Both the position numbers and the translations under genes were made by a program. From Bugula neritina (taxonomy: Eukaryota; Animalia; Bryozoa), in assembly GCA_964035545.1 (NCBI GenBank), contig OZ037765.1, positions 33,417,504-33,481,503 on the forward strand: DNA of 64,000 nt, given 5' to 3'. Positions 40,801 to 55,800 of the stretch are shown here, piece after piece. Below the pieces are notes generated by a model. That model worked only from the letters and a program-made list of their open reading frames with translations. It searched no databases and had not been told where the DNA came from. Numbering within the stretch: the stretch's first letter is position 1; each line of letters starts with the position of its first letter.

Positions 40801-43800
40801 ATTCAGCTAAACTGAATACTCCAACTGATCAACATTTTCATCTATTGAAATTGAAGAAAAGTTAAATATTATTATACTATTCTAATCATGAATAGGCACA
40901 AGCTAAAAAGATATTTATTTCAAAAAATAGAAAAAGTAAAGTAACACAACAATGTTTGCAAACGCAGACCTAAAAATGTGAATATTCTAGCTTGAAATTA
41001 AGTCTGAAATTCAGACTTCTCTAGGTTGAATTGACTTTAATTGACTCACCAGAAAAAACAATTAATAAAATTATAAAGACAAGCATATAATGAAAAATGT
41101 AGTTCATTAGCAAAACTGGAAGAAAGCACTTTTTTTCTAGAAATTGTTCCATTACATAATACATTTTTGTGCAAATGATATTTTTTAATAAAATGAAACT
41201 GTTGTATTGTTTGGCTAGATGAAGTTTCAAAAGTATTTTTAATATTTTCTCAAATAAAGTAGACATGCACTCCATTTTCACATTTTTTGGCAAAACATAT
41301 GATTGGGATTCAGTAGTCAATCAGTTAAGCTTGACACAAGGAGTTGTCACATCCATCCTAAAGAACAAGACCATCTACAATAACAAACATGGAAAGTACT
41401 TAAAATTACATTTAAGTTTACAATAATCCTTAAAATATATGTTGCCTTCTGCAAATGCTAAATAAAACACGATGTAATGCTATGTTTACTTAGACTAAAT
41501 CTTGCTGACTTACAATGAAATTCATTCATTTCAATTTGAAAATTCCTGTCAATAACTTGACTCTATGCTAACAACTAATTGTAATACCAAAATCACACTG
41601 CTACTTTTAGTTTAGGGAATTTATTTTCATTATTAGTTCAATATTCAGCAGAGGTTTTTCTTTAATGAACAAACAATAGGCATACATGCAGATGAAAGAT
41701 TAGGTCTAGTGAATACTAATTTTGTGCCTAACAAAAAAAATGAAAGACTGCATGAAAAACTAACAACTCTAAAAAATTGCAATTTGAATGAGGCTCAGGC
41801 TTTTAGGTGAGCAAGAGTAACCAGAAGAGCTACTTTAATGGAAGAAATTACTGACTGATTGTGTAGTTGCAGGCTGCATGATGTGTTTTGATTGTCACAA
41901 CCACTTTTGAAAAAGGAAAATCCATTAAATTAAGACTACTGGCAAACAACAGAACGATAAGGAAAAAATACCAAGTAGAAATTCACTTCTCAAAGCAAAC
42001 TGTAGTTAATACATTATAGATGCTTAGAAGAAGCAGGCAATAGTGAATGCTATATAGTGTAGATCAGGATTCTATACAATGACAAGTAAACTGAAATTCC
42101 AGTGCACTTTGAAACTACTTGTAAGAATGGGCTTAGTGCTTTGTAGTGCCTTGAAATTTTTTCAAGTCTAATTGGCACCATGCTATAAGAATTCGCAGAG
42201 AGATGACCCTTTAAACTTTCACTTTAAACTTTAACACCTTCACGATTTTCAGTAAGAAATTCAATTTATCTAGGTCCGAAAATTCACCGAGTTGCATTGC
42301 AAGCCGCTGGTCAAAATGTCTAGTTTGTGATAACTTAATCAGCTGATTTCAGAATAACAATCATTGGGAATGACATCTTCATGTAGATATAGATATTTAT
42401 GCTTATAATTATATCGGCTGCCTTCATCAATCATCGATACTATGCTGCCAAATCAACTAATTAATTACAGTTGGAAACTTCAAAGGGCATTGAATAGCAA
42501 TTAAGCAAGTTATACTTTTAATATTACAAAAAGAACTTATGCATCAATATGATTTAAAATATAGGTGGGCACTCCGCTAGTGATATTAACTGAAACTGGA
42601 ACTTTTTTCATGCAGGAAAAGCAAAAACGCATCTCAACAGAAACCTAAAAATTTCCAGCACACTTTATGCTTTGACAACACGCACACAATAACTTCGTTT
42701 ATGGTACAAACCTTTTTGTTGATTGTTTTCCAACATTTTCACTAGAGCAAAGCCGAAAGAAATTTGGAAACTGCATAATGATGCCAGCCACCGTGGCATC
42801 ATCTTCTCTGGAAAATTATTGACAAATCATCACCCAAAAACTTCAGCAAAGCCTCCATCAATAGTATGTAATACTTTAGGTGAAACTAAAAAGAAAGAGA
42901 CAATATTTTCGTGTAATTTAACCCATCAATAAACGCATCAATAGTTAGTGTGGCCACGGTTTAAACCTCATTAATTTCATGCTATTTAAGGCTTTTACAA
43001 CTTAAAAGATGTAATTCATCTGCAAGAGAAATGTTAGGTATATGAAATGAGTAGAAGTGCAAAAGCAAGCAGGTATTAAGGAAGGAAGAGTTAGTAGGTG
43101 TACTTTGACTTGCGATAAATCAATGTGATACCAGATGTGAATTTTGAGGTGTGTTTACTCCAATCTCACTGAAAAGGTAGAAATAGCTAAATTTACGAGA
43201 CACACAATATTTTATAAAATACTGCACATTCATTAAAACTTTATAAAACTCTAGTGTGAAGGGTGACTCACACTTTTAAACCGTCGATGAGCTAAGTTGT
43301 AAAAGTTTGATGAGAACCTTTTACTCTATAAATTTATGCAATATAAAATACTCTCCACATATTCAACAGCTACGAAGTTTTGTTGAAGATAAACTTCCGC
43401 AACAAATATACAGAAAAAAGCTATTTGAAAGCCAAATTTCATAAGCATATTATAAGAATATTTGTGTTTCATCTTTATAAACAATGATTTAGTCATTTAA
43501 CGGATAACTAATGATTTCACTTTGTTTTTCATTCAATAAAAACTAAGTGTAGTTGGTATTAAAAACAGCTTTCATTTCTCACTTTTTTTCTCACCCTAAT
43601 CTGCGTAGGCAAACAATTGGTTTGTTTCAAACACCACAACAGTAAAGCGTGACAGCATAGCCAGTGGAGAAAACAATCATCTATACTGCTGGATCAGTGG
43701 CAACTTGTGAGTGTGTCAGAGTAGTGTCTTGTTGTGTGACTCTACAAATAAATTATGAATTTGAATATACTACAAAGTTGCAAACATTGTTTTAACAAAA

Positions 43801-46800
43801 CACAGCATTTATTTGATATTATATGTAAAGCTCAAGTTGGTATAATATATATTAAATAAATTTTAGCTTTCCTTTTGGATACTCTGAAACAAAATAAAAA
43901 AATAAACCAAAATTGGGTAAAGCCATGCAAACTAGAGAGAGAAAGGTTAGGAGAGAGGATGGAAGAGAGATGGGGTAGAAGAGAGAAAGGGAGAGAGTCA
44001 GAGAGATAGTGGAAAAGGGAAGAGAGAAAGGTTAGGAGAGAGAGAAGGTGGGAGAGACAGAGGGTGGGAGAGAGGGAGGGTGGGAGAGAGGGAGGGTGGG
44101 AGAGAGGGGGAGAAAGAGAGAGAGGTTGAGTGGAAGGTGTGGGAGAAAGAGACAGAGAGAGGAGTGAGAGAGCTTCCAAACTGACACCATTGACTTAAAA
44201 AATGTTGATAAAAACTGCAGCAAGTCTTTAAAAATGTTGCTAGCAAGTTCAAAGCTCACTATAACTTTCAAAATCAATAAAATGTCAAGTTCAAAAAACT
44301 CATTTGCGAGCAAAAAATAGTTACAGAGACAACCAGGTATTGATTGGGCAAGAGCCAGCTAATAGGAGTACCTTTTTAGATAAACTGCATGCAGGCACAG
44401 TGAGATAGCATCGGTGAGTTGTGTCTTCATTTTAATTTCCTAAAAATGAACATAAACAAATGCTAGTAATGAAAGTTTTCAGGGTTATTAAGGGTGCAAT
44501 TTTATCACTAAACATCATAGCAATTGCAAAAATTGCTCAGTACAAATTTAAGAAAAATTTCTTTCATCCATTACATAATACCCGAAATCAAATCCATTTA
44601 TTCAATTCATCAAGCTGAAAAACCAAGAATAATCAGAAAGACAGTAAAATCACTTTCTAGTAAAAAACAGCTTTAGATCATAATTGTTGGGTTCAGCTCT
44701 TAAGCTAAGACACCGATGCACTGAAATACGAAAAAGATCAGCATACTTTTGACTGTCACAAAATTTATTTTACGTGCAACAGACATTTTAAGGTCACCCG
44801 CCACCCGCGCAGGACCACGTTGGTGAAAGGTGACCAGATATTTTAAGTTCAATCAAAATCAAGCATAGTTCATCGTCATATTGCTTACTGCTTAATGCTG
44901 CAGCTTATTTTTGCTTACCAAGTTTCTTTCTGCAGAATAATTGTAGCTAGCTTCTCGATTTGCCATCTTTATTCCAGTCCAGGTTCAAATGACATCTTGA
45001 TCGTTGCAAATATCCATGCAAGCTAAAAAATATTTATCAATCAGTACAACAACAGAAATACTTACAATGATCCAAATATTACTATTACATTACTATAACA
45101 TTACACAGTAACACTATGTTTATAATTGTAATACGGAAGCATGACTTTGTGGTAGTTTGATATGCTATAGCAAAAGGTAGAAAAATCAACTGAAAAACCG
45201 ACAGAAATAATCAAGTACAATTAACTAAAGTAAATAAACTTACTGAATAGTAAATATTTTACTATACTTAGTGAATTGATTTACTTCCACTAGGTTTACT
45301 TTCATGATTAAATGCTTCTGTCTATTTTCCAGTTTATAGGAATATATTAAAAGTGAAACCAATTATAATTACTATTACCTTATCTAGTTTTGACTATATA
45401 TTTTTCACAAATATAAACATAGTTATATGCGTATTCCTATTGTGACTGCAGATACCATTGCGGTAACTGAAATCAAACTTCATTCTACTTCAAGTTTCAA
45501 ACATTGTCCCAGTTCAAAGACTAACAAGTAAATAATTAATAACTGTGAAAGCTCCAATAAGTTACTTCATTATTAAATAAGATACAACTGATTCTACTGT
45601 ATATGATACTATGGTATCTGTATTAAATTAAAACATAATTATGAAAATCAAAAGTTGTATTTTGAGCACTTATATTATAGTAATTAAATTAACAGCTTAA
45701 AATAGGCACATTAAACCATGATTGGAATTTTTATCCACTTATCTTTATAATTATATTTATTCTTTATTCTGAAAGTTGACCCAACACTGGTAACAAAACT
45801 AAAAGTAATTGATTAAGTATGATTTATTCTTACACACTTTACCATTATATTTAGTCTTCCTGACTTTCAGTCTGTCATAGTGATTACTACTATATGAAAA
45901 TGACTTTGACTTAGGAGTCATAATTATAGTCACAGTGTTGATAAGTCAACAGTGTAGGATTAACACAGCACTAGACTAGTACTACCTCCAGCTTTCAAGT
46001 TTATGTTAGGGTACCTCTAAGACTAAAGAGTAACCCTAATAATGTAAGCAAAGAGCAGTGAGTAATAAGCATGCTATTCAACTTCAAGTTTCACTAGTAC
46101 TATAACCAATACCACATGTATTTTAATAAAATTATGTAGCTGGTGAGTGAACTATAAAATTAAATAGGGATCAAACTTTGAGCAATATTAATAGAAATAA
46201 TATTAGGACAGAGGTTTCCAATTATTAGTATGTGAAACCAAAGGGGAATGGATAACTACTATTAGTATTATTACATTTACTTTATATTTAGTTTTACCAG
46301 TTCGTATTATGATTATCTTACTTTGAATTGTAAAGTATAATAATTATAATATTCATAGTAGTATATTTATATTAGTAATTAATATGTATATTAGTAAAAA
46401 CATTTGTTTTAAGTTGCTTGTTTATTAAATTATTCTAAATCCTAATAACGATAATCTTAATATTAGTGATAATCATTATGCTCATCACTGTCCCCAAGTG
46501 CTATCAGTATGACCATCGCAATGTGAACCTAGACGTGAATGTAAAAAGGCACTGCAAAACAGAACATGGGACGGAGGCAGATATCCATACCATAATACAA
46601 ATATCAATATTGAATTTGATAATCATAATTATTATACAAATATAATGATAATAACTACAATGATCAAAAATAAATAATACCAAAGAGTTTTCGAATTACT
46701 GTTCATAAAATCAAATATCACATTTATAAAGATATAATCATATCTATTATTAAATTTAAGTCAATTATACTAATAGCAATAGTAATATAAATAGAAAAAA

Positions 46801-49800
46801 GAATCATTGACCAGGAGTAGGTGCAAAATAAAAGTCAATTTTAAGACAAAGAGTAAGAAAAATACTAAATCGATATTTAAAATTACTTATTTTTAATCTT
46901 AGTCACTTACAGTCAGTCTTAGTTTAATTTTTACTACTAAGTCTTTAATTTCAAGTTCATTTTGACAATAAACTTGAAGACTTTAACTAAGAATATGTAT
47001 AATTCAAAATTCCAAACTGGTACAAGTAAAAGTTGCTACTGAAGCTTTGTAATATTATTTTAAATTATTGGTATGATAGCATTATATTTTGATTCATAGC
47101 AATACTGATAGTGACAATTTCAAACATACCCATACCATTACTGTTACAGTTTAAGTTACTATTGCCATTGTGATTGCCGGTAATGAGTAAATATAACTTA
47201 AATTTATATGACTATTACTATTAATATTAGTATTACTATCACTTTCAGTACCGGTCTAGTATCAGTATCACCTTAATTCAAAATCAATGTATAATTTATC
47301 AAATTACTTTTATATTATCATTTATCAATAATAGGTCTATCACTATGATATTATCATGATATTGATTTTTAATTTAAACATAATAAAATCATAGGTATAA
47401 TCATAATGATAATCATAATCATAATGCTTAATTTTACTTTTAGTTCAGGTTCAACGATTTAAGAGTAAGTGAAAGTTACTATAACTATTGCCATTGTGAT
47501 TGCTAGAAATAAGTAAATATAATTACATTTATATGACTATTACTATTACCAACACTCAGACTTACTCGGACTCACTCTGTCTCTAACTCTAAGTCTGAGT
47601 CTCACTCCATCAGAGTGAGAGTGACACTGAATTACTATAACTATTATTATTAGTATTAGTATTAGTATTAGCAAAATATATCAACCTTATGATTATCTTA
47701 TTAGTTATTACAATATGTTCGGCATTGATGTTGAACTAAAAATATTAATAGTTATTACAATCACAATGACATTGAGTGATTGACAATGCCAATATCAATA
47801 TGATCAAAGACAAATGATTCCAAGCAGTTTGAGTTGAAGGTAAGTTATAAGTTGAAGTAGTACGTAAGTGGTAGTTGATACTGATACTATCAGTGATAGG
47901 TCTATACTCCATACCAATGAACTCAATAATATTACCTATATATTACCATAAATTATATTACTATTAGTATTACCTATAATTAAAATATTATATTATTTCT
48001 TTTCCAGCTCAGTGCTTTATACCCTCTACTTAGTCTAATGCCGCGCGCATGACGAGAATGTGAGGTGAAGGTCACTCACAGCTAAAATCGCCAAGGATCT
48101 GTAATCCATCACTAGTAGTAGTAGTTCTAGTAGTCGTACTACCAGTAATCTGGCTTCGCTATGGCACTACGAATTGAATGTTGACAAGACGCATGCATGT
48201 TTGCTGTTAGTAAACTAATTTTTACTGAATTTTAATCATGCTAAGCTGCAACCTATTTTCTAATGAAATAATATAATTATATTCAATAATAATATAATAA
48301 ATATAATAATTATCATTATAATATTTTATCATTTAATTTTATAACTTTTACTTTTAGTTTTAGTATTTTGGTTTTACATCAAAATTTACATCATTATGAT
48401 TATCATTATGATTACAAAATGAAAATAATTATCATTAATCATTACCTTTTAATTTATGATTATAATTAATGTTCGAATTACCACAATTACAATCATAATG
48501 ATAATGGCATAATGCCAATGATAATCACAATCGTAACACTAATAATAATAGTAATAGTCAAACTCAAGGATTGAGCCAATGATTCAGATTGTCTAAATTT
48601 AATTAATTAAATTTCAGCCTTGGGTTTAACTTTACAGTTCACAATTTTATTTTACATTACGACTGAGAGTCACAGTAAGACTAAGAAAAAGAGTAAGTCA
48701 TACCTTTCTTGCAGTTATTTTCAAAGTTTGTAGTTGTACTAGTACAGTAGTAGACCTAGTAGTAGTACTAGTAGTAGTAGTAGTAACAGTACTATTAGTA
48801 GTAGTAGTAGTAGTACTAGTACTAGTAGCAGTACTAGTACTAGTTGTAGTACTAGTATCAGTTGTAGTAGTAATAGGACTGCGATCTTAGATGTAAGTCT
48901 AATGAAATACGAATAATAATAGTATAAGTATAACTTTTACATATTTAGTTTTACTATAAGTGTAAATATAATGAGTAATAGTAAAACTCAAAGTATATAC
49001 ATTAACTCAGTTTAGCATTAATGATAAAATATAATAATTATAATAGAGTAATATGATCACCATTACGATTATAATTAAAATTCTTAGTAACACTTTTATG
49101 ATACTCAGTTTAATTTATTAATATTAAACATTAGTTTGGCTACCACAAATAACTAATAAGTGCTACTATAGGTAACTGTAAAGATAAGTATAAATTTAAC
49201 TATAACATAGACTATCAGCAATAATAATATATCATATTGGTATTAAACTATATATGGATAATGCAAATCATAGATCATACCTCATGATAATTATTCCTAA
49301 TGATCTTACTTTTTATATGCTGATGCTAATAAGTAGTAATTTTAAATTTGATAACTCATGAATGATGAATAAGATAACAAGAATAATACTGGACCTAGTA
49401 ATACTATTAGTCCTACTACTATAATTTTATTATCTTATATGTGTAATACGCTTCTTTTAGTAACACTGCTGGTCAAAGTTAGTGTTAATCATATTTATAG
49501 TTAAATGTTGAAGGAATAAATTAGTTCATAACATAAACATTGCACTATGTGAATATGAAATTTAATATGAATATCCCAATTACACTTGCTGTTGCTCTTT
49601 AGAGACTAGAGTTATAACTTATAACTATGATATAATAATGAATACCATTATTTCAACTAATCATATTACTCAGCTAATGTTAATGATAACTGTAAGTATA
49701 AAAACCATTACGGTTATAGGTATCACTGACTAATATTATTAATAATATAATCATTCGTTTTATACTTGTACCTATATTTATATTTATATTTATACCTATT

Positions 49801-52800
49801 TTTATACTTATGATCATATCTATACTTTCACGTATGCTTGTACATTTTACTCATAGTATCAGGTTGGCAATCGAAAAGTCATAATCGATATGCTAATCTA
49901 ATGATAGAACCAACTGCACTAATATAGTTGTATATTATTATTATTGTTGATTGACCGTAGTTTTTTAGCTGGTGTAACCTTTTACCATTGGCCTAGTTAT
50001 ACTAGGCTGAAATGGATAGAACTTTCCTCAGGATGTGAGCTTATCCTGATCCTAGTAAGGGTGTCTGCTGAATTAATGAGCATTTGTTTTCAGCTACTCC
50101 AAGTAGTGTCAGCCAGTCTACAATCTTGTATAAAGCTCCAAAGGCTCCAGTTACAACGGGATGACTTTTTTGATGTTTTCCAAAGGCGAGTTTATTCTAG
50201 TGCTAAATTCTGATATTTTCCTAACTTTTCGAATTTTTTTCTTTTACTCTGTAGTTAACAGGGACTGTGATATCAATTATCGTTGTTTCAGCATTATGCT
50301 TGTCAACTACTAATGTATCGGGTCTCCTAACTTTGATGACTACGTCAGTGTGTATGTTAAAATCTTACAAGGTTTTTACATTATCATTTTCCAGTACTGG
50401 TTCTGCTTGATGGCCGTACCAATTCTTACTTTTCTGAAACCCACGAAGTTCACACAACTACTATTGAAATTATCAATGCCAAAAGGTTGTGTTTTTTCTT
50501 ATATTCTCCTTCTGCTACCTACTCAAACTCACTCAATACGTGCATCGAAGTTTTGTCTCTTGCGTTACACATTCCACACTTCTTGCTACCCTGTTCTCTC
50601 ATCATAGCCACTTTATAATTTCTAGTAGTGAATAGTTGATCTTGCGCAGCTGTCAGCAGTCCTTCTGTTTCCTTTTTCAGCCAACCATACTTCAACCAGT
50701 TCCAGGAAAATGCTTTCATGTCTTCCACCATTTTGATGTATTGACCACGTGAAGCTTTTCTTTACACTCATCAGTTCTTTCTATCACTTTATCATTATTT
50801 AGTTCTACCGCCGTTTTGTCTTTTAGGAAGGTATTCAGTGTGGTGTTTCTATCAGTCTATGTTTTATTTATGTAATCTGACATGCTGCAGTTTTCAATCT
50901 TTATGCATTTTTCAGTTGACATCATTCTTCTACCGCCTTCCCTTCTGCTAAAATACAGCCTGCCTACATCTGCTCTCGTATAGGGTGCACGGTTTGTTGT
51001 CATTAGCTTCCTTGTTTTTCAGTCCATATTTTTTAGCTCATGAAACAGTTCAGTCAAGTATTCTAGCTGTGTAATGCACCGCTGTTACTGCCCATGTGTT
51101 TATTGCTTTGATTGTGTTCTCACCATTCAGTTTTGAATCCAGAACTTTTCTTATTTGTTTGTAGTACTCCTTGATCTTGTTTTTCATTTCATATATTTGT
51201 ATTCTATCAATCTCAAGAACTCCTAGATATTTATACGGCTTCTCACCCAGATCTTTGATTACCTGTTCATCAGGCAAACTGATTCCTGTGTCCTTGATTT
51301 TCTTTCCCTTTCTCATAACCAGTGTGGCACATTTTTTAATCCAAATTTCATTTCTATGTACCTTGTGAAGATCCCGGCAGTGTTTACCAAAGCTTCCAGT
51401 TCTGACTTTGATTTCCTATTTACCTTCAGGTCATCCACATATAGGAGATGGTTTGTTTTCTGTCTCGTCGAAATTTGCATCATTGAGCCGCTTCTGTCAT
51501 GCGAATCGGTAGTTGGAGAAAAGGGATAGAGATAAAGAGTCTCCTTGGAAAATTCTTAGTTTGATCTTTATTTCTCCTATCTTTTCTTCCAGGTATTTCA
51601 GTTGTGTTTTCCAGGTTTCATGCTTTTTCTTATCAACCTTATGACATTAATTGCTATTCCAGTTGTTTGCATCGTTTCTAAGATCTAATTTCCTTGTCTT
51701 TACATATGCTCCAATTTGTTGCTAACTTTATTTAGTCATTCTGCATTGGTATTATTTTTAGTTGGCTGACCCCATATATTTTATCAGAATGCTTTTGATT
51801 TCCTTGTCAGGTGCCTCTTTAGATGTACATTCATTTCCTCGTAATTCTTGATAAAAGCGCTTATCATTGTAAACATTGTGTTCTGATTATATTGATCAAC
51901 TCATTCTGTATACCTGTTTATCTTCTGGCTTACAGCTCTCAGGTTTTGCTTCAGTTTTTCAATCACAACACCACACTCTTTGTTCTTTATCCTATATTTT
52001 TCTTCAACCATTCTTCTCAATGAATCATTGTAAGCTCTACTTTTTCACTCTTCTATTTTACTTAAGTCTGATCTAATTTCTTTTTATTTCTTCTGCAGCC
52101 GTATTTTCCATACTTGTACATTGTCAGTTTTTCTTTTTCCTTTTTGTTACACACTTGTTCTGTTACTATTTTTCGCACAAGCCATGGTGGTGTTATTAAG
52201 CTCAATGGTATTAATAATCTCAACACAGTTTAGCACGTCATTAATCTGTTTTACTGCCTGTAGTAATTTGACCCTCTCAATGTGCCTAAGGGCTCATAGT
52301 GTTGGTCGATCATTAGATAGTTTGTTATGCTCATTTATAATTTTTCTACTAACACTTTTTCTACCTCTGAACTAGGTACTCTTAAAATTCTCATGGCTGA
52401 TTTATATGCTATCTCATGTTGTACTATAACATCCTCTATTTGCAAATTTAGCTCTTCATTATCTTCTTCACCAATTGATGTGCCTAGTTCTTGCAAGGTT
52501 CCTTCTTCAATCTTATGGAGTTCTTCTTCCATAAAATGCTTGTGTTTCTTCATAGTTCTTGCTTAATCCGCTAGTCTCTATTCGCTGATGTTAAACTCTC
52601 CTCTGTTTTCCAGCGTTTGCACATTCTTTTTAAATAATTCTTTGATCCGGGTCTACAGAGCTCATACATTGTTTTTCTATAACCTCTCAATTTGGGTGTA
52701 CTTTTGAAGTAGCATTCCATGACAACTTTGTTGTCTTCTCTTGAATATCTTCTTCTAGTTGTGCCAGTAACGGGTTGACGGCCGTAGGTTGCCTGGTCCT

Positions 52801-55800
52801 CCACATACCCACTGCCAGACGAGACATACCATGTTTAGTTAGACATACCATTAACGTCGTTGGCTTTATTAGTTCTATTTTAATGGATCATATTATTATT
52901 TTTAATTATTATTATTATCACTATCAGTAGCAAATAAATAATTTTATATTTGTTATTAGTTACTACTTATAGAAATTGAGTGCCACAGCTTGAGGGTTAT
53001 AAAGTCAGTCTTAGTCAATGTAATGGGGATGCTGATACTGACATTTGGCTTCGAGCTCATAGTTAAATTGCTAACAACTATACCTAAGGATAACAGGAGT
53101 ATTAAAATGTTAATTTATAAGGATTATAACCTTAGAGTGGAGATATTATTCTCAATTTATTTAGTTTTTACTTTACTAACTTTTATTTTATTCATCAACC
53201 TTACTGTCTATTTAAATAGCAAACTAAAGAATAATTATGAAGGCCTTTGAATTGAAGTACTTTTCTGTAGCTGATTAGATTTCAAGTATTAAAATAACAT
53301 ACTAAGACAGAATACCATTATATGAGCTAGATTAATAAAGTAAAGAAGATTTCTTTGTTAATCAAAATATAGGTGTCACATATGCCTATTTTTAAGATTA
53401 TGTTCTTATATGTGCTGTCTTTTTAATATTTTTAAAGTACTACATTTTGAGGGTAGCCTACATCAATATGACTGCCCTGTAATTGCTTGTCAACTATAAG
53501 AGTTAGACCTATAAACTGTCTCATTTTCAAATTATCTTTACTTTTCTAATTGATGTTAACATGACTATTCCTATTAGTATTTTGGTGTTTACCATTAGTA
53601 ATGTTTGAACTAACATCAATATCATTGTTAATTTGTCTAATTATTCAAATTTTAATATTCATCATTTGTGAACAGTAATAAAATTTTGTCTTTCTTAAAT
53701 TAATGTGATGCTAGATTAGCTACTCTAGCAAGTGTGTATTGTGCAATGAGTACTAATGCCATATTTTTGCACTTCTTGTTCTATATAATTTAGATTTAAG
53801 GTAACAATTCCTAAAGCTATCACATAATGCTGCTATCAGTTATAAAGATGTCACTGATCCAAACATTGAAAACCAGCTGAGTGCATGCAAGGTTGAAAAC
53901 TTATTTTCTCTGGTTAGGTAAGTAGAAAGGTATTTGCTGTAATTTACAACTATTTTGTTTTCAACATCCTTGATGTTCATCTCTAAAAGATAAGTAGCAC
54001 ATAATGGTACCTGTTTTACTTAGCAGAAGAAATTATTGTCAAAGCTCTATTACTACATTTTAAATTGTATGACACTCTTTTGACTACATTTGATTTCATA
54101 TCTCAAATAATTATATTTCTGACTCATGAAACTGTAACCACACACTTGAGAACAAAATAAATAATGATATGGAAGCTTTCTTTAACTTTGTCAATTTAGT
54201 CAACAGCCAATGACTGAAAACATGTTTTGTACACTATTGATTGCCTCTCTATTTCTGCTATAAGGCAGAAACTTTAATCTCAAAATTTAAGACACTGGCA
54301 ATTCTTCCCAATAATACGTTGTTCAAAACAAATATTTTTTGCCAAGTAATATAGTATTTAATTATATTTTTTAGTCAAAGAAATTTGTTTGGTTTCTTGT
54401 GTCATCTTGAATAGCTTGTTATTCATTATCTTTTTCTTCGTGTTATGACTATGAGTGTATGTATAACCTTTGCTGACAGGTTTTTCCCCCATCACTATAT
54501 GTTTCTCTGTTTACTCTCTTAACAGTTTTATTTCCGTTCATTCTTTAGAGTTTACTAAAATGACATGGGTGTGCTTTGTTGTGGCTCCTAATTGAGCGCA
54601 TCCGTTGAGATTATTGGAAGTTTTGTTGAAACTGAGCTGAGGCCTCTTACTCCTAAAGGCAAGAATTTGAGTCATCTTAGCTACTTGTAGCATATCAACA
54701 TCGAACAGCACCATTCCACTACTCTAAGCTTAAGGTTTTGGCTGCATTAGATCAACAGGTAAGTTTAATAGTTTGTATTTCGTACACTATTTCATGATGT
54801 CTGTTCAGCATTTACTTGGTAGCACACATTTATAGATTTTGCATTCTTTTAGTTTCTTGCAGTACAACTTTTCTACGCAACTATTACACTGTTGTTGCTG
54901 TTAATTGTAGTTTATTCTGCTTGACCATGCAATTATTGAATTATGTTGCAAAGGTGATTGAGTCCTTTTATTTAATTTAGTACACACTGGAAATCTGCAG
55001 TTTTTAGCCATTTTTACAATTTAGCTGCTAATGAACAATGCTTTTTGCTTAAAATTAGTGAGACATCAAGAAATACACCTAAATAATCAAGGTTCTTCTT
55101 AATTTTGCATGATTTCTCATGTTTTTTCCTATTTATTCATTTCATTTGGATTGCCTACTGTTACAAACTAACCGTGGCGATCCCCAGTCAGAAGTTGCTG
55201 TAATTAGAAAAAAGCATAGGAAATCAAAGAAAATTAAAAAGAGCCTTGATTATTTAGGTGTATTTATTGATATTTTGTAGTTTCGGGCCAAAACTCATGT
55301 TCATTAGCAAAAACTTGAGGTCTTCAGTATGTACTAACTTAAATAAAATGAACCAATTGCAGTAAATTTCTGCATTTTCTAATACTTCTTAAATTTACAC
55401 CTAAAATAGTGCTGTCTTAAGAAAATGACACTAGCTGCTGTTTTCATGTATGTGCCCCAATTGTATATAATGCTGTTGATTTGTTTAGTGCTTTTTCTAT
55501 TTGTTTGTTATATAACTTTTCTTTTATGGTTGTTGCCAGCACCTAAAGCATTATTCATTAATGTCAATTAATTTCTACTCACAGTTTTACTGTTACATAG
55601 TTTATAAAGCCCTTGTGTCAACTTTTCTAGATATCCTGGTTAAAATTGTTCCACTTGATGAATGGCATAGGGCATATGCAATAGCAAAACAGTTGCAGGC
55701 TGTTTTGGAAAAAAAATTGTGCATATAACCTTTATTTTATACATGTTATTTAGGCTTCGGTAGAACTGTTGGAGAGCCTTCCTTTTGAATAAAGCTACTC

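Noticed and set aside
42231-43270. piggyBac-like element (TTAA-CACCTTCAC start)
   Set aside because: No matching right TIR with TTAA and no convincing transposase motif.
43832-44313. Leu/Ser/Pro-rich ORFs
   Set aside because: Translations of the polypyrimidine strand of the GA tract.
44791-44837. GC-rich hairpin GGTCACC...GGTGACC as ncRNA or Helitron end
   Set aside because: Short stem only; no second copy or terminal signature in the window.
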